From an uncultured Candidatus Saccharibacteria bacterium (GTDB lineage: Bacteria > Patescibacteriota > Minisyncoccia > Phycocordibacterales > UBA918), in NCBI GenBank assembly GCA_964350985.1, contig CAYGLK010000002.1, forward strand, positions 229,406 to 293,405: DNA of 64,000 nt, in the 5' to 3' direction. Every line of letters starts with the position of its first letter. Position 1 is the stretch's first letter. A model generated the notes under the pieces. That model was not told the DNA's origin. It ran no database searches and was given only the letters and a program-made list of their open reading frames with translations. The position numbers and the translations under genes were made by a program. Shown piece by piece: positions 1 to 8,494 of the stretch.

Positions 1-1350
1 AAGGACTGGGATTTTACCACCAGTGCTCACCCAGACCAGATTCAAGCCTTATTTCCTGATAGTTTTTGTAATAATGACTACGGTACGGTAGGTATTAAAA
101 ATGACGACGAGGAAGATTTGCGATTACAAGTAGTAGAAGTTACACCTTACCGCAGTGAAAGCGGCTACAGTGACTCTAGGAGGCCAGACAAGGTTACCTT
201 TGGAGTAAGCTTGGAAGAAGATTTGGCAAGACGTGATTTTACCGTTAACGCCATTGCATTTAGCATATCAAGCGGAGATATTGTAGACCTATATGATGGA
301 ATGTTAGATTTAAAGAACAAAAGCCTTAAGGCTGTTGGAGATGCTGACCAGCGTTTTAGTGAAGACGCCCTTAGAATGATGCGCGCAGTCAGGCTAGCAG
401 CTGAATTAGAATTTTCGATAGAGAACAAGACAATGGAAGCTATCTTAAATAACGCTTCGAAGTTAGAAAACATTGCTATTGAAAGAATTAGTGCTGAATT
501 CATTAGACTGATTGACTCTAAGACACCTATGCCAGGTATTGTTCTGCTGGAAAAGCTTGATTTGCTTCCTTTCTTGATACCAGAGCTAAAAGACTGTATT
601 GGGTGCGAACAGGGTGGTATTCACACATACGACGTGTACGAACACAACCTCCGTACCCTTCAGGCGGCTGCAGATAAAGGTTTTTCAACCGAAATGCGTC
701 TAGCGGCTCTTCTTCATGATATTGGAAAACCACCAACCAGGAGAACAGGGGGCAAGAATAAGCATTACACTTTCTTTGGACATGAGGTTATTGGTGCCAG
801 AATGACTAAAAAAATACTGGAACGCTTAAAATACCCGCGAGAAGAGTCAGCTATTATAGAAAATCTTGTACGTTGGCACATGTTTTTCTCTGATCCAGAC
901 GAAATTACCTTAGCTGCTGTCAGAAGAACTATTGTCAGAGTAGGGGAGGATCAAATAGAAAACCTTTTAAATCTAAGGGTTTGCGACAGGATTGGGACCG
1001 GAAGACCTAAAGAACAGCCATTCCGCTTCCGTAAATATAAAGCGATGGTTGACGAAGCCCTACGAGACCCTATCTCAGTTAAGTTATTAAAAATGAACGG
1101 GGATAAGATCATGGAAATAACTGGGGAAAAGCCGGGGAAAAAGCTTGGATATGTACTGCATAGTCTACTAGAAGAAGTCTTGGTGGATCCTAGTTTGAAC
1201 ACAGAAGAATACCTAACAACAAGGGTTTTGGAGCTATATAAGCTACCGGAAGCTGAACTACAGACTTTAGCTGAAGCTGGGAAAAAGAAACAAGCAGAAG
1301 AGGAGGAGGCCGCCTTGAAAGAAATAGCCAGAGAACACAAGGTAGGATAG
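1..1350 (+). CDS. CCA tRNA nucleotidyltransferase / poly(A) polymerase family with HD domain (5' end lies outside window)
   Basis: Frame open from base 1 (KDWDFTT); motifs EDLARRDFTVNA, RFSEDALRMMRAVR, LLHDIGKP. Confidence 0.9.
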   Translation, partial: KDWDFTTSAHPDQIQALFPDSFCNNDYGTVGIKNDDEEDLRLQVVEVTPYRSESGYSDSRRPDKVTFGVSLEEDLARRDFTVNAIAFSISSGDIVDLYDGMLDLKNKSLKAVGDADQRFSEDALRMMRAVRLAAELEFSIENKTMEAILNNASKLENIAIERISAEFIRLIDSKTPMPGIVLLEKLDLLPFLIPELKDCIGCEQGGIHTYDVYEHNLRTLQAAADKGFSTEMRLAALLHDIGKPPTRRTGGKNKHYTFFGHEVIGARMTKKILERLKYPREESAIIENLVRWHMFFSDPDEITLAAVRRTIVRVGEDQIENLLNLRVCDRIGTGRPKEQPFRFRKYKAMVDEALRDPISVKLLKMNGDKIMEITGEKPGKKLGYVLHSLLEEVLVDPSLNTEEYLTTRVLELYKLPEAELQTLAEAGKKKQAEEEEAALKEIAREHKVG

Positions 1351-1386
1351 CAAAAAACAGCTCAATTGAGCTGTTTTTTGCTATCC
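1345..1386. terminator. Perfect 42-bp palindrome, bidirectional intrinsic terminator-like
   Basis: GGATAGCAAAAAACAGCTCAA/TTGAGCTGTTTTTTGCTATCC overlapping the CCA stop codon. Confidence 0.8.
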
Positions 1387-2049
1387 ATTAAAAAATGGAT
1401 CCCTAATTTAAGTATTATTATTCTTAATAAAGAAAAAAGGCCTGAGGGGATTGAGAGTGAAATGTTTCACTGCCAATCTCCTCAGACCTTTTAAATTTTG
1501 AGCTTATATTTAGATGGATATAATAATCCAGTAGGCGCCTTTATAATAAAATGGCTAACCTGATCCAAAGCTCTACGTTGTTGCTGAGATACATAGAGAA
1601 ATCAATTTCACTTACACTAGTCTTGAACCAACCTTCTGTTCCTTCTAAAGTGTGAGGAGACTTCTCATGCTCTCAATGTGGGTGGGTTGTTATGAACTTT
1701 GTTTTGATTTGAGTTTTTGGAGGTAATACTCAATTTTTTTAAATGAACTCTTTAAGGGGTCACCTCCAGAATTCTTTGCTGAAACTTATTCAGTAGAGAA
1801 CTCTGGAGATGCCTGCTCGCCCTCTCTGGGCCTGCACATATAGTATGTCCTTTACAATATTTGGTAAAGGACATTGTGGTGGTTAGTTGTGCATAACTTA
1901 TTTCTTAATGTCCTTTATAACTTTTTTACCTAAGAAATTATTTTTTAAAGTAAGATTAAGCCTTATTTTTGAACCTATACTAGGCATGACTTTCTTAACA
2001 TTGACAAAATTGAAATTCGTGTGTTTCTGTTGAGAGTATCTATGCAAAC

Positions 2050-2853
2050 TTAGTCTTCGTTTGTGATCGCTAACTCAATAGATACTGGACAGTGATCTGA
2101 ACCAAAAACATCGTCGTGAATCCGTGCATTTTTTACTAATGAAACAATCGACTCACTTGTGAAAACGTAGTCAATTCTCCAGCCAACATTTCGTTCCCGA
2201 GCCTGAGCAAAGTGTGACCACCAAGTGTAATGACCATTGTCTTTTTCAAATATTCTAAAAGTGTCAATGAAACCTGCTTTCACAAAATTATCCAAGCCGG
2301 ATCTTTCTTCTTCGGTAAAACCCTTCTTGCCTTTATTTTCTTTTGGACGAGCTAAGTCTAACTCTGTATGAGCAACGTTTAAGTCACCACAAAAAACTAC
2401 TGGTTTCTCAGATTCTAGTTCTTTCATGAACTCTAAGTAGGCCGGATCCCAATTTTGGCGCATCGGCACTCTAGATAGATCGTCTTTGGCATTGGGTGTA
2501 TAAACAGTACTTAGGTAAAAGTGCTCAAATTCAAGAGTTAGGATCCTACCTTCTTTTGTTGTATCGCCATAGGTATCAGTTAGCTTGTATTTTGTGGCTA
2601 TATGTTCTGGAAGACCTAAAATAACGTCCAATGGGGAGTGTTTGGTAAAAATAGCGGTTCCAGAGTAGCCTTTTTTGTCAGCAGAGTGCCAAAAAGCTTC
2701 ATATTCTGGTAAATCTAAGTCCACCTGCTCTTGATTGGCTTTTGTTTCTTGCAGACAAAGAATGTCAGGGTTGTTTTTTTTAAGAAAACTTTGTAATTCA
2801 CCCTTTTTTAGCACTGCTCTAATGCCATTTACGTTCCATGAGTATATCTTCAT
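2050..2853 (-). CDS. xth: Exodeoxyribonuclease III (AP endonuclease)
   Basis: MKIYSWNVNGIRA, LCLQETK, GDLNVAH, GWRIDY, GSDHCPV; ATG 2853 preferred over ORF-track start 2922. Confidence 0.93.
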   Translation of the reverse strand: MKIYSWNVNGIRAVLKKGELQSFLKKNNPDILCLQETKANQEQVDLDLPEYEAFWHSADKKGYSGTAIFTKHSPLDVILGLPEHIATKYKLTDTYGDTTKEGRILTLEFEHFYLSTVYTPNAKDDLSRVPMRQNWDPAYLEFMKELESEKPVVFCGDLNVAHTELDLARPKENKGKKGFTEEERSGLDNFVKAGFIDTFRIFEKDNGHYTWWSHFAQARERNVGWRIDYVFTSESIVSLVKNARIHDDVFGSDHCPVSIELAITNED

Positions 2854-2997
2854 AGAAAGTATTATACCTATATAGGTAAAAACAACCACTAACTTTACTT
2901 GGGTTTCTGAACAAAAGAACATACAATTAACCTACAACTCTCATTAGTCCTAACGAGAGAAATATTACAGAGGTTAATTTTCAAAAATTAAATTAAT

Positions 2998-3405
2998 ATG
3001 GATACAAATACAAATACTGACCAAAATACTACTCCGGTTGAAAGAGTCGCTACCGAACAAGCAGGAGAGGCAAAGACAGAAGATACAAATACACAGATTC
3101 CAACAGTTGAGCAGAATCCAGTAATGGCAGCGCTCTCTTATATAGGACCTTTAGTACTGATTCCTTTTCTAACCAGTCGAGATAACGCTTTTGTGTTATT
3201 CCATATTAAACAAGGGTTGGTTCTATTCTTAGCTTTTCTTCTTGTTCATGTTGCCAGTAAATTCTTGTGGTTCTTTTTTCCAATCTTTTGGCTATTAAAC
3301 TTCGCTTTATTTATCCTATCGATAGTTGGTATCATCAATTCACTACAAAAAAAGGAGAAAGAACTACCGGTTATTGGAAAATTTGCTTCTCATATTAAAA
3401 TCTAA
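2998..3405 (+). CDS. Small membrane protein, DUF4870/Tic20-like
   Basis: MAALSY..LVLIP, FVLFHIKQGLVL, LPVIGK pattern with 3 hydrophobic segments. Confidence 0.7.
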   Translation: MDTNTNTDQNTTPVERVATEQAGEAKTEDTNTQIPTVEQNPVMAALSYIGPLVLIPFLTSRDNAFVLFHIKQGLVLFLAFLLVHVASKFLWFFFPIFWLLNFALFILSIVGIINSLQKKEKELPVIGKFASHIKI

Positions 3406-3548
3406 AGGTTGACCTAAAGCAAAAAAGCTTGTGTTTATTTGTGGCTGTGCTTTAATACATGCAGCGAAACAAACTCCTCTGAAGCAAGGTGAAAGCTATT
3501 GATCAGGTGAAGTGACGTTTTGTGTTAATAAAGTATAAATAAAATAAA

Positions 3549-3746
3549 ATGACAGGATCAATTGTACGAAAGCGAGATAATGGTTACGGATTTATCAAGC
3601 CAGATAACGACGAGAAAGATGTATTCTTTCACGCTCAATCACTAGTAGACGTTGCATTTGACGATCTACAAGAAGGCGATAAAGTAACTTTTGATGTAGA
3701 ACAAGGACCGAAAGGACCTGCTGCAGCAAACGTACGTCGAGCATAA
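3549..3746 (+). CDS. Cold-shock protein (CSD)
   Basis: GYGFI (RNP1), DVFFH (RNP2), GPKGPAAANV. Confidence 0.95.
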   Translation: MTGSIVRKRDNGYGFIKPDNDEKDVFFHAQSLVDVAFDDLQEGDKVTFDVEQGPKGPAAANVRRA

Positions 3747-3759
3747 TTACCGCAAGGTA

Positions 3760-3800
3760 AATAATAAAAGCCCCAGGTTTTACCTGGGGCTTTTATTATT
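3760..3800. terminator. Intrinsic terminator after cold-shock gene
   Basis: AATAATAAAAGCCCCAGGT-TTT-ACCTGGGGCTTTTATTATT. Confidence 0.85.
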
Positions 3801-3863
3801 GCTAGACAAAAAGTTATTTTTGTTTTAAAGTATTCTCTGGCCGATCCTTGGGAGGGGAAGAAG

Positions 3864-4151
3864 ATGGATATCCAAATTACGGACCCAAAGCTGCAAGACA
3901 GCCTGGACGCAATTCGTTCAGAGCTGCTTGGATTTCTGGAAGATGCTCGCTCAGAAATCCTCTGGCTTTCACTAGTGAGAGCCTGCGTGGTAGAAAAGAC
4001 AACCGAAGACCACGATGGACTCAGTAATGGGTTCTACAACGTGCATTTCAAGGGAACGTCTTTTAACCCCCCTGAAAAGATCTTGTTGTTTGTTTCGGCT
4101 GGAAGCATTTCCGTCATCGGAATCTGCCAGAACGCGAAGAGCCTGCACTGA
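3864..4151 (+). CDS. Hypothetical protein (95 aa)
   Basis: Promoter-like TAGACA-17-TAAAGT (3803-3831), GGAGG RBS, GC-rich hairpin downstream (4162-4194). Confidence 0.55.
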   Translation: MDIQITDPKLQDSLDAIRSELLGFLEDARSEILWLSLVRACVVEKTTEDHDGLSNGFYNVHFKGTSFNPPEKILLFVSAGSISVIGICQNAKSLH

Positions 4152-4337
4152 CCACCCGCCGAGCGCCCGGACTCTCCTTGTGAGGGCCGGGCGCTAACAT
4201 TTATAGAAATTAAACCTTTTAATTTAGTCTTCGGTATACATAAGTAGTATGTATACTATTTTTATTTTAAATAGGGCATTGGGCTATTATTTGCCTGATA
4301 ATTAGCCAAGGCCGTCTATCTGACATACAATATATGT

Positions 4338-5270
4338 ATGTCTACAAAAAATATTTTATCGTTGGTGGTTATTTTACTCATAATTATTGGAGGAGCTTAT
4401 TATTTCTTAAGTGGTGGGGAAGATAGTAATTACAATAAAGATAATACGCCTGTAGTGATCGATGAAACTATTAATACTGATACCGAAAATGAAATCGATC
4501 CAACGGACGAAATAACAGACAACGATGAGCCAGTGGAAAATATTGGTCAATCAGCTGGTGGTAAAGTTATTACTGCTTATCACTTTGGAGAAGGTGATAC
4601 GGAGGTACTATTTATCGGTGGTATTCACGGAGGCTACTCTTGGAACACTGCCTTGCTTGGATATGAGTTGGTGGAATGGTTCACAAAAAATGCTGACAAA
4701 GTTCCAGACAATGTAAGAGTAACTGTGATTCCAGTACTTAACCCAGACGGTCTAGAAAAAGTAACTGGTAAGCTTGGTCTCTTCACAGCTAGTGACGTTA
4801 ACAAAACAGAGTCAGTTAGAGTTGCTGGTCGCTTCAACGACAACAACGTTGATCTAAACCGAAACTTTAATTGCGAATGGCAAGCTGTTGGAAAGTGGCA
4901 AAACAAAGATGTTAGTGGTGGAACAGCTGCTTTCTCAGAACCAGAAGCGCAAGCAATCCAATCATACGTAGGAGCTAACAAGCCAGCCGCTGTTGTTACT
5001 TGGTACAGCGCAGCCGGTGGAGTTTATGCTTCAGATTGTAAAAAGGGTGTATCAGAAGATACTCTTGCTTTAACAAATCTTTTTGCTAAAGCTTCTGGTT
5101 ATACAGCTTACGAAGAATTTGATTACTACGAAATTACCGGAGACATGGTTAACTGGTTAGCTGGTCAAGGAATTCCAGCTATTAGTGTTCTACTTACAAA
5201 CCACGAACAAACAGAATTTAGTAAGAACATTGCTGGAGTAGAAGCAGTACTAGAATTCTACGCAGAATAA
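4338..5270 (+). CDS. Membrane-anchored M14 zinc carboxypeptidase-fold protein (MpaA-like), probably catalytically inactive
   Basis: N-terminal TM; GGIHGG, PVLNPDG, VDLNRNF, FSEPEA; Zn and catalytic residues substituted relative to the paralog. Confidence 0.8.
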   Translation: MSTKNILSLVVILLIIIGGAYYFLSGGEDSNYNKDNTPVVIDETINTDTENEIDPTDEITDNDEPVENIGQSAGGKVITAYHFGEGDTEVLFIGGIHGGYSWNTALLGYELVEWFTKNADKVPDNVRVTVIPVLNPDGLEKVTGKLGLFTASDVNKTESVRVAGRFNDNNVDLNRNFNCEWQAVGKWQNKDVSGGTAAFSEPEAQAIQSYVGANKPAAVVTWYSAAGGVYASDCKKGVSEDTLALTNLFAKASGYTAYEEFDYYEITGDMVNWLAGQGIPAISVLLTNHEQTEFSKNIAGVEAVLEFYAE

Positions 5271-5272
5271 TT

Positions 5273-6160
5273 ATGGATCGTCGAAAAATTGTTGGTCTAG
5301 TTGTTGGAGTTGTTCTAGTTCTAGTAGCAGTTTGGTTACTCACTAGTAACCAACCAGAAGTAGTTCCAGAAATTGTTCCTGAAGAAGTTATCGAAGAAGA
5401 ACCAGAGGTAACCGCAAATAAAATCATTGGTCAATCAGTGGAAGGTCGGTCAATCGAAAGTTACACTTACGGGACTGGAAGTACTACTCTACTTTTTGTT
5501 GGAGGAGTACACGGCGGCTACGAATGGAACAGTGTTATCTTGGCTTACGAATTCATTGATTTACTAGAGGATGAAACTTACACCCTACCTCCAGATCTAA
5601 AAGTCGTAGTGATACCAGTTTTGAACCCTGATGGACTTTTCTCAGTCGTTAAAAAAGAAGGTAGGTTTACTGCAGCTGAGATTCCGGAAAATGACGCACA
5701 CACAACAGGTCAAGGTCGCTTCAACGCAAACAATGTTGACCTGAATCGAAACTTTGACTGCAAGTGGCAACCAGAAAGTAGTTGGCGAGGGAAGACTGTT
5801 GATGCTGGAAGCAGCGCTTTCTCTGAACCAGAAGCACGGACTCTTAAGAATCTTGTCGATGAAATTAATCCAGCAGCGGCAATTTTCTGGCACAGCCAAG
5901 CAAATACTGTTTACGCTTCAGAGTGTAACGCGGGGGTTTTGCCAGAGACTTTAACTCTGATGAACACTTATGCTAACGCTGCTAGTTATAAAAAAGTTGC
6001 TAGCTTTGATGCTTACCCAGTCTCAGGTGACGCTGAAGGTTGGCTCGCCTCAATTGGTATTCCAGCTGTGACAGTTGAACTAGAAACAAGACTAAGTTCT
6101 GAATGGGCGAGAAATCAAAAAGGGATAGAAGCGGTCTTGGAACTTTATAGCACTGAGTAA
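5273..6160 (+). CDS. Membrane-anchored M14 zinc carboxypeptidase (MpaA-like)
   Basis: N-terminal TM; GVHGGYE, PVLNPDG, VDLNRNF, FWHS, TVELE. Confidence 0.85.
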   Translation: MDRRKIVGLVVGVVLVLVAVWLLTSNQPEVVPEIVPEEVIEEEPEVTANKIIGQSVEGRSIESYTYGTGSTTLLFVGGVHGGYEWNSVILAYEFIDLLEDETYTLPPDLKVVVIPVLNPDGLFSVVKKEGRFTAAEIPENDAHTTGQGRFNANNVDLNRNFDCKWQPESSWRGKTVDAGSSAFSEPEARTLKNLVDEINPAAAIFWHSQANTVYASECNAGVLPETLTLMNTYANAASYKKVASFDAYPVSGDAEGWLASIGIPAVTVELETRLSSEWARNQKGIEAVLELYSTE

Positions 6161-6170
6161 ATAAAGAGAG

Positions 6171-6211
6171 AAATAAAAACAGCGCAGCCTTTGGCCGCGC
6201 TGTTTTTATTT
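6171..6211. terminator. Bidirectional terminator; near-identical inverted copy at 52979-53020
   Basis: AAATAAAAACAGCGCAGCCTTTGGCCGCGCTGTTTTTATTT between convergent genes. Confidence 0.8.
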
Positions 6212-7134
6212 TACTTTCTTTTACCATGGAATTTTTTGTGGACTTCGCGGAGGTGGGAGTCAGTGACGTGGGTATAGATTTGGGTGGTGCCGATATTTGC
6301 GTGCCCAAGGAGAGCTTGGACTGAACGTAAGTCAGCGCCATTACTCAAAAGGTCAGTAGCAAAACTGTGACGAATAACGTGCGGAGTAACCTTGCGAGTG
6401 ATACCGGCTTTAGTGGCGTATTGTTTTAAAACTCTTTGCACTGTTCGTGGAGTGATCCGCGAGTCCTCTCCAACATGAGCTTTTTTGCCGTAGCGGACAA
6501 AGAGCGCGTCACTCATATCTTTACGTCCGGCCAAATAATTTTTGATCGCTGCTTTCGCGTCATCTGAAAGAAAGACAACTCGCACTTTGTCGCCCTTACC
6601 GCGGACAGAAAATTCATCTCGAGTGAGGTCTACATCATCAATTGAAAGGGAACAGAGTTCAGAGACACGAAGACCAGTTGAAAACAAAAGCTCAAGAATT
6701 GCTAAGTCACGCTTGCCTTGAAGTGAGTCTGTTTTAGGAGCAGCCATCAAGCGCTTTAGTTCACTATCAGAAATGAGATCAAGTGATCGCTCTGGAACTT
6801 TAGCTAGTTCGATTCTCTCTGGAGAGAGGGAAGCAATGCCACGCTTACGTAAAAACTTAAGGAACGCCCTGAGTGCAATCAGGTAATAATTCTGGGTACG
6901 GCGTTTCATTGGTTCACGCCGGCCACCTACCTTACTTCCAGCTTGGCGGTTTAGATACAAACGAAACTCACGCACCTGTTCCTCAGTCAAATCAGCTGGG
7001 TCTGTGATCTTAGCAAAATTGAAAAACCGATCTAAATAACGCTCGTAATTAAGGACAGTCTTAACACTACGCCCTCTTTCGATTTCGAGGTACTCAAAGA
7101 ATTGTCGTTTCAGCTCTAAAACATTCATGTTCAT
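6211..7134 (-). CDS. XerC/XerD-type tyrosine recombinase
   Basis: TGLRVSEL, GKGDKVR, TPHVIRHSFATDLL, LGHANIGTTQIYTH. Confidence 0.92.
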   Translation of the reverse strand: MNMNVLELKRQFFEYLEIERGRSVKTVLNYERYLDRFFNFAKITDPADLTEEQVREFRLYLNRQAGSKVGGRREPMKRRTQNYYLIALRAFLKFLRKRGIASLSPERIELAKVPERSLDLISDSELKRLMAAPKTDSLQGKRDLAILELLFSTGLRVSELCSLSIDDVDLTRDEFSVRGKGDKVRVVFLSDDAKAAIKNYLAGRKDMSDALFVRYGKKAHVGEDSRITPRTVQRVLKQYATKAGITRKVTPHVIRHSFATDLLSNGADLRSVQALLGHANIGTTQIYTHVTDSHLREVHKKFHGKRK

Positions 7135-7191
7135 ATATTATACAGATATTTTAAGCACATTTTTGACAAACAGATAAAAGAAATGTCTGAC

Positions 7192-7306
7192 TTGCATTAA
7201 TTTAAATTCTATGCTATAGTGTTTGGAACCTTCGCGGTTATCACTGCGAGCTACTTATAAGCACTTCGGTGCGTATCTATATAAGCCAGCCGCTTCACAC
7301 ATATTT
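7192..7306 (+). promoter_or_regulatory. sigma70-type promoter and structured 5' leader of rpsO
   Basis: TTGCAT-17-TATAGT (7192-7220) with extended TG; hairpins TCGCGG..CTGCGA and GCAC-TTCG-GTGC. Confidence 0.55.
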
Positions 7307-7573
7307 ATGTTAACAAAAAGAGTAAAAGAAAATGTACTAAAAGAAACTAAGCGTCACGTTAGTGATACTGGTTCTCCGGAAGCACAAATCGCCCTACTGA
7401 CTCGTCAGATTGAAGAGCTTTCTAATCACTTGCGCAAGCATAAGAAAGATTTTCACTCACGACGTGGTTTGCTACAAATGGTAGCTGACCGAAGAAAGCA
7501 CTTGAAGTATTTAGAGAGAAAAGATGAGAAATCATACAACTCTCTAATCAAGAAGCTTGGTCTAAAGCGATAA
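7307..7573 (+). CDS. rpsO: 30S ribosomal protein S15
   Basis: [25 protein letters not shown]; ATG 7307 gives 88 aa. Confidence 0.97.
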   Translation: MLTKRVKENVLKETKRHVSDTGSPEAQIALLTRQIEELSNHLRKHKKDFHSRRGLLQMVADRRKHLKYLERKDEKSYNSLIKKLGLKR

Positions 7574-7741
7574 TACTGATGCTCCACTATGGAGCATTTT
7601 TATTTTTTCAGTTATAGTTAAACCATCTTCAACAATCCGTCCCGACCAAGTTTCACAACTTTTCGGAAGACCTTAGTTGGAGATAGTGTAAGTCGCGAAG
7701 TGTTTTTATAAAAAAGTTTTTAATATTATTTTAATAAAATT

Positions 7742-8338
7742 ATGAGTGTTATACGTCACCCAGAACAAAGGGTTGCCATTTTGATAGATACCCAAAATCT
7801 CTATCACAGTGCAAAAAATTTATACAAATCAAAAGTGAATTTTGGAGCAGTAGTTAAAGCTGCCTTAGGAGGTCGAAAATTAATTCGTGCTGTTTCTTAT
7901 GTAGTGAATACTGAGAGTGGAGAAGAGTCAGCCTTTTTCGAAGCTTTAGAAAAAATTGGTATCGAAATCAAAACCAAAGACTTACAAATATTTTATGGCG
8001 GCGCAAAAAAAGCTGACTGGGATGTTGGTCTTGCTATTGATGCTATCAAGTTAGCTAACAAAGTTGACGCTGTTATTTTGGCAACTGGCGATGGAGATTT
8101 TATTCCACTAGTTGAGTACGTCAAAAACCAAGGTTGTCAGTTTGAAGTAATTACTTTTGGCCGATCCGCTTCTTCTAAACTACGAGAAGTAGTTGATGAC
8201 TTTATCGATATGGATAAAAATCCAAGTGAGTTTTTGATTGGTTATAAGACCAATAAAAAGAGAAACAATAACAACAATAGTAACAATCTTCGAAAACAGA
8301 TTAAGAAAATTGTTGGCACTGATACTGACGATATTTAG
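7742..8338 (+). CDS. NYN-domain (LabA/DUF88, PIN-like) protein
   Basis: ILIDTQNL, KKADWDVGLAID, TGDGDFIPL. Confidence 0.9.
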   Translation: MSVIRHPEQRVAILIDTQNLYHSAKNLYKSKVNFGAVVKAALGGRKLIRAVSYVVNTESGEESAFFEALEKIGIEIKTKDLQIFYGGAKKADWDVGLAIDAIKLANKVDAVILATGDGDFIPLVEYVKNQGCQFEVITFGRSASSKLREVVDDFIDMDKNPSEFLIGYKTNKKRNNNNNSNNLRKQIKKIVGTDTDDI

Positions 8339-8358
8339 GATCTAAATATCAGAGAACA

Positions 8359-8397
8359 AAAACTGCTGCGGCGTACTTGTACGCCGTGGCAGTTTTG
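8359..8397. terminator. Long hairpin between NYN and pnp (terminator or processing stem)
   Basis: AAAACTGCTGCGGCGTAC-TT-GTACGCCGTGGCAGTTTT. Confidence 0.6.
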
Positions 8398-8494
8398 CTA
8401 TGCTCTAACTATTAGTTGTGACTTTGGTATGTAGGTAGGTTTCAAATTATGAAATATAAAACATACCCGAGTTACTTCATTAAGTTAACTTCAA

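Noticed and set aside
1650-1837. Group II intron-like pieces (GUGCAGGCCCAGAGAGGGCG on minus; domain V-like hairpin on plus)
   Set aside because: Opposite strands, no AGC/CGC triad stem, no domain VI, no RT ORF
6211-7134. Tyrosine recombinase as the integrase of a mobile element
   Set aside because: XerC/D-like size and motifs, housekeeping neighbours, no att repeats; the comM element has its own serine recombinase
7223-7306. N-terminal extension of S15 in the ORF track
   Set aside because: TTG start lies immediately after the -10 box; ATG 7307 gives the normal length
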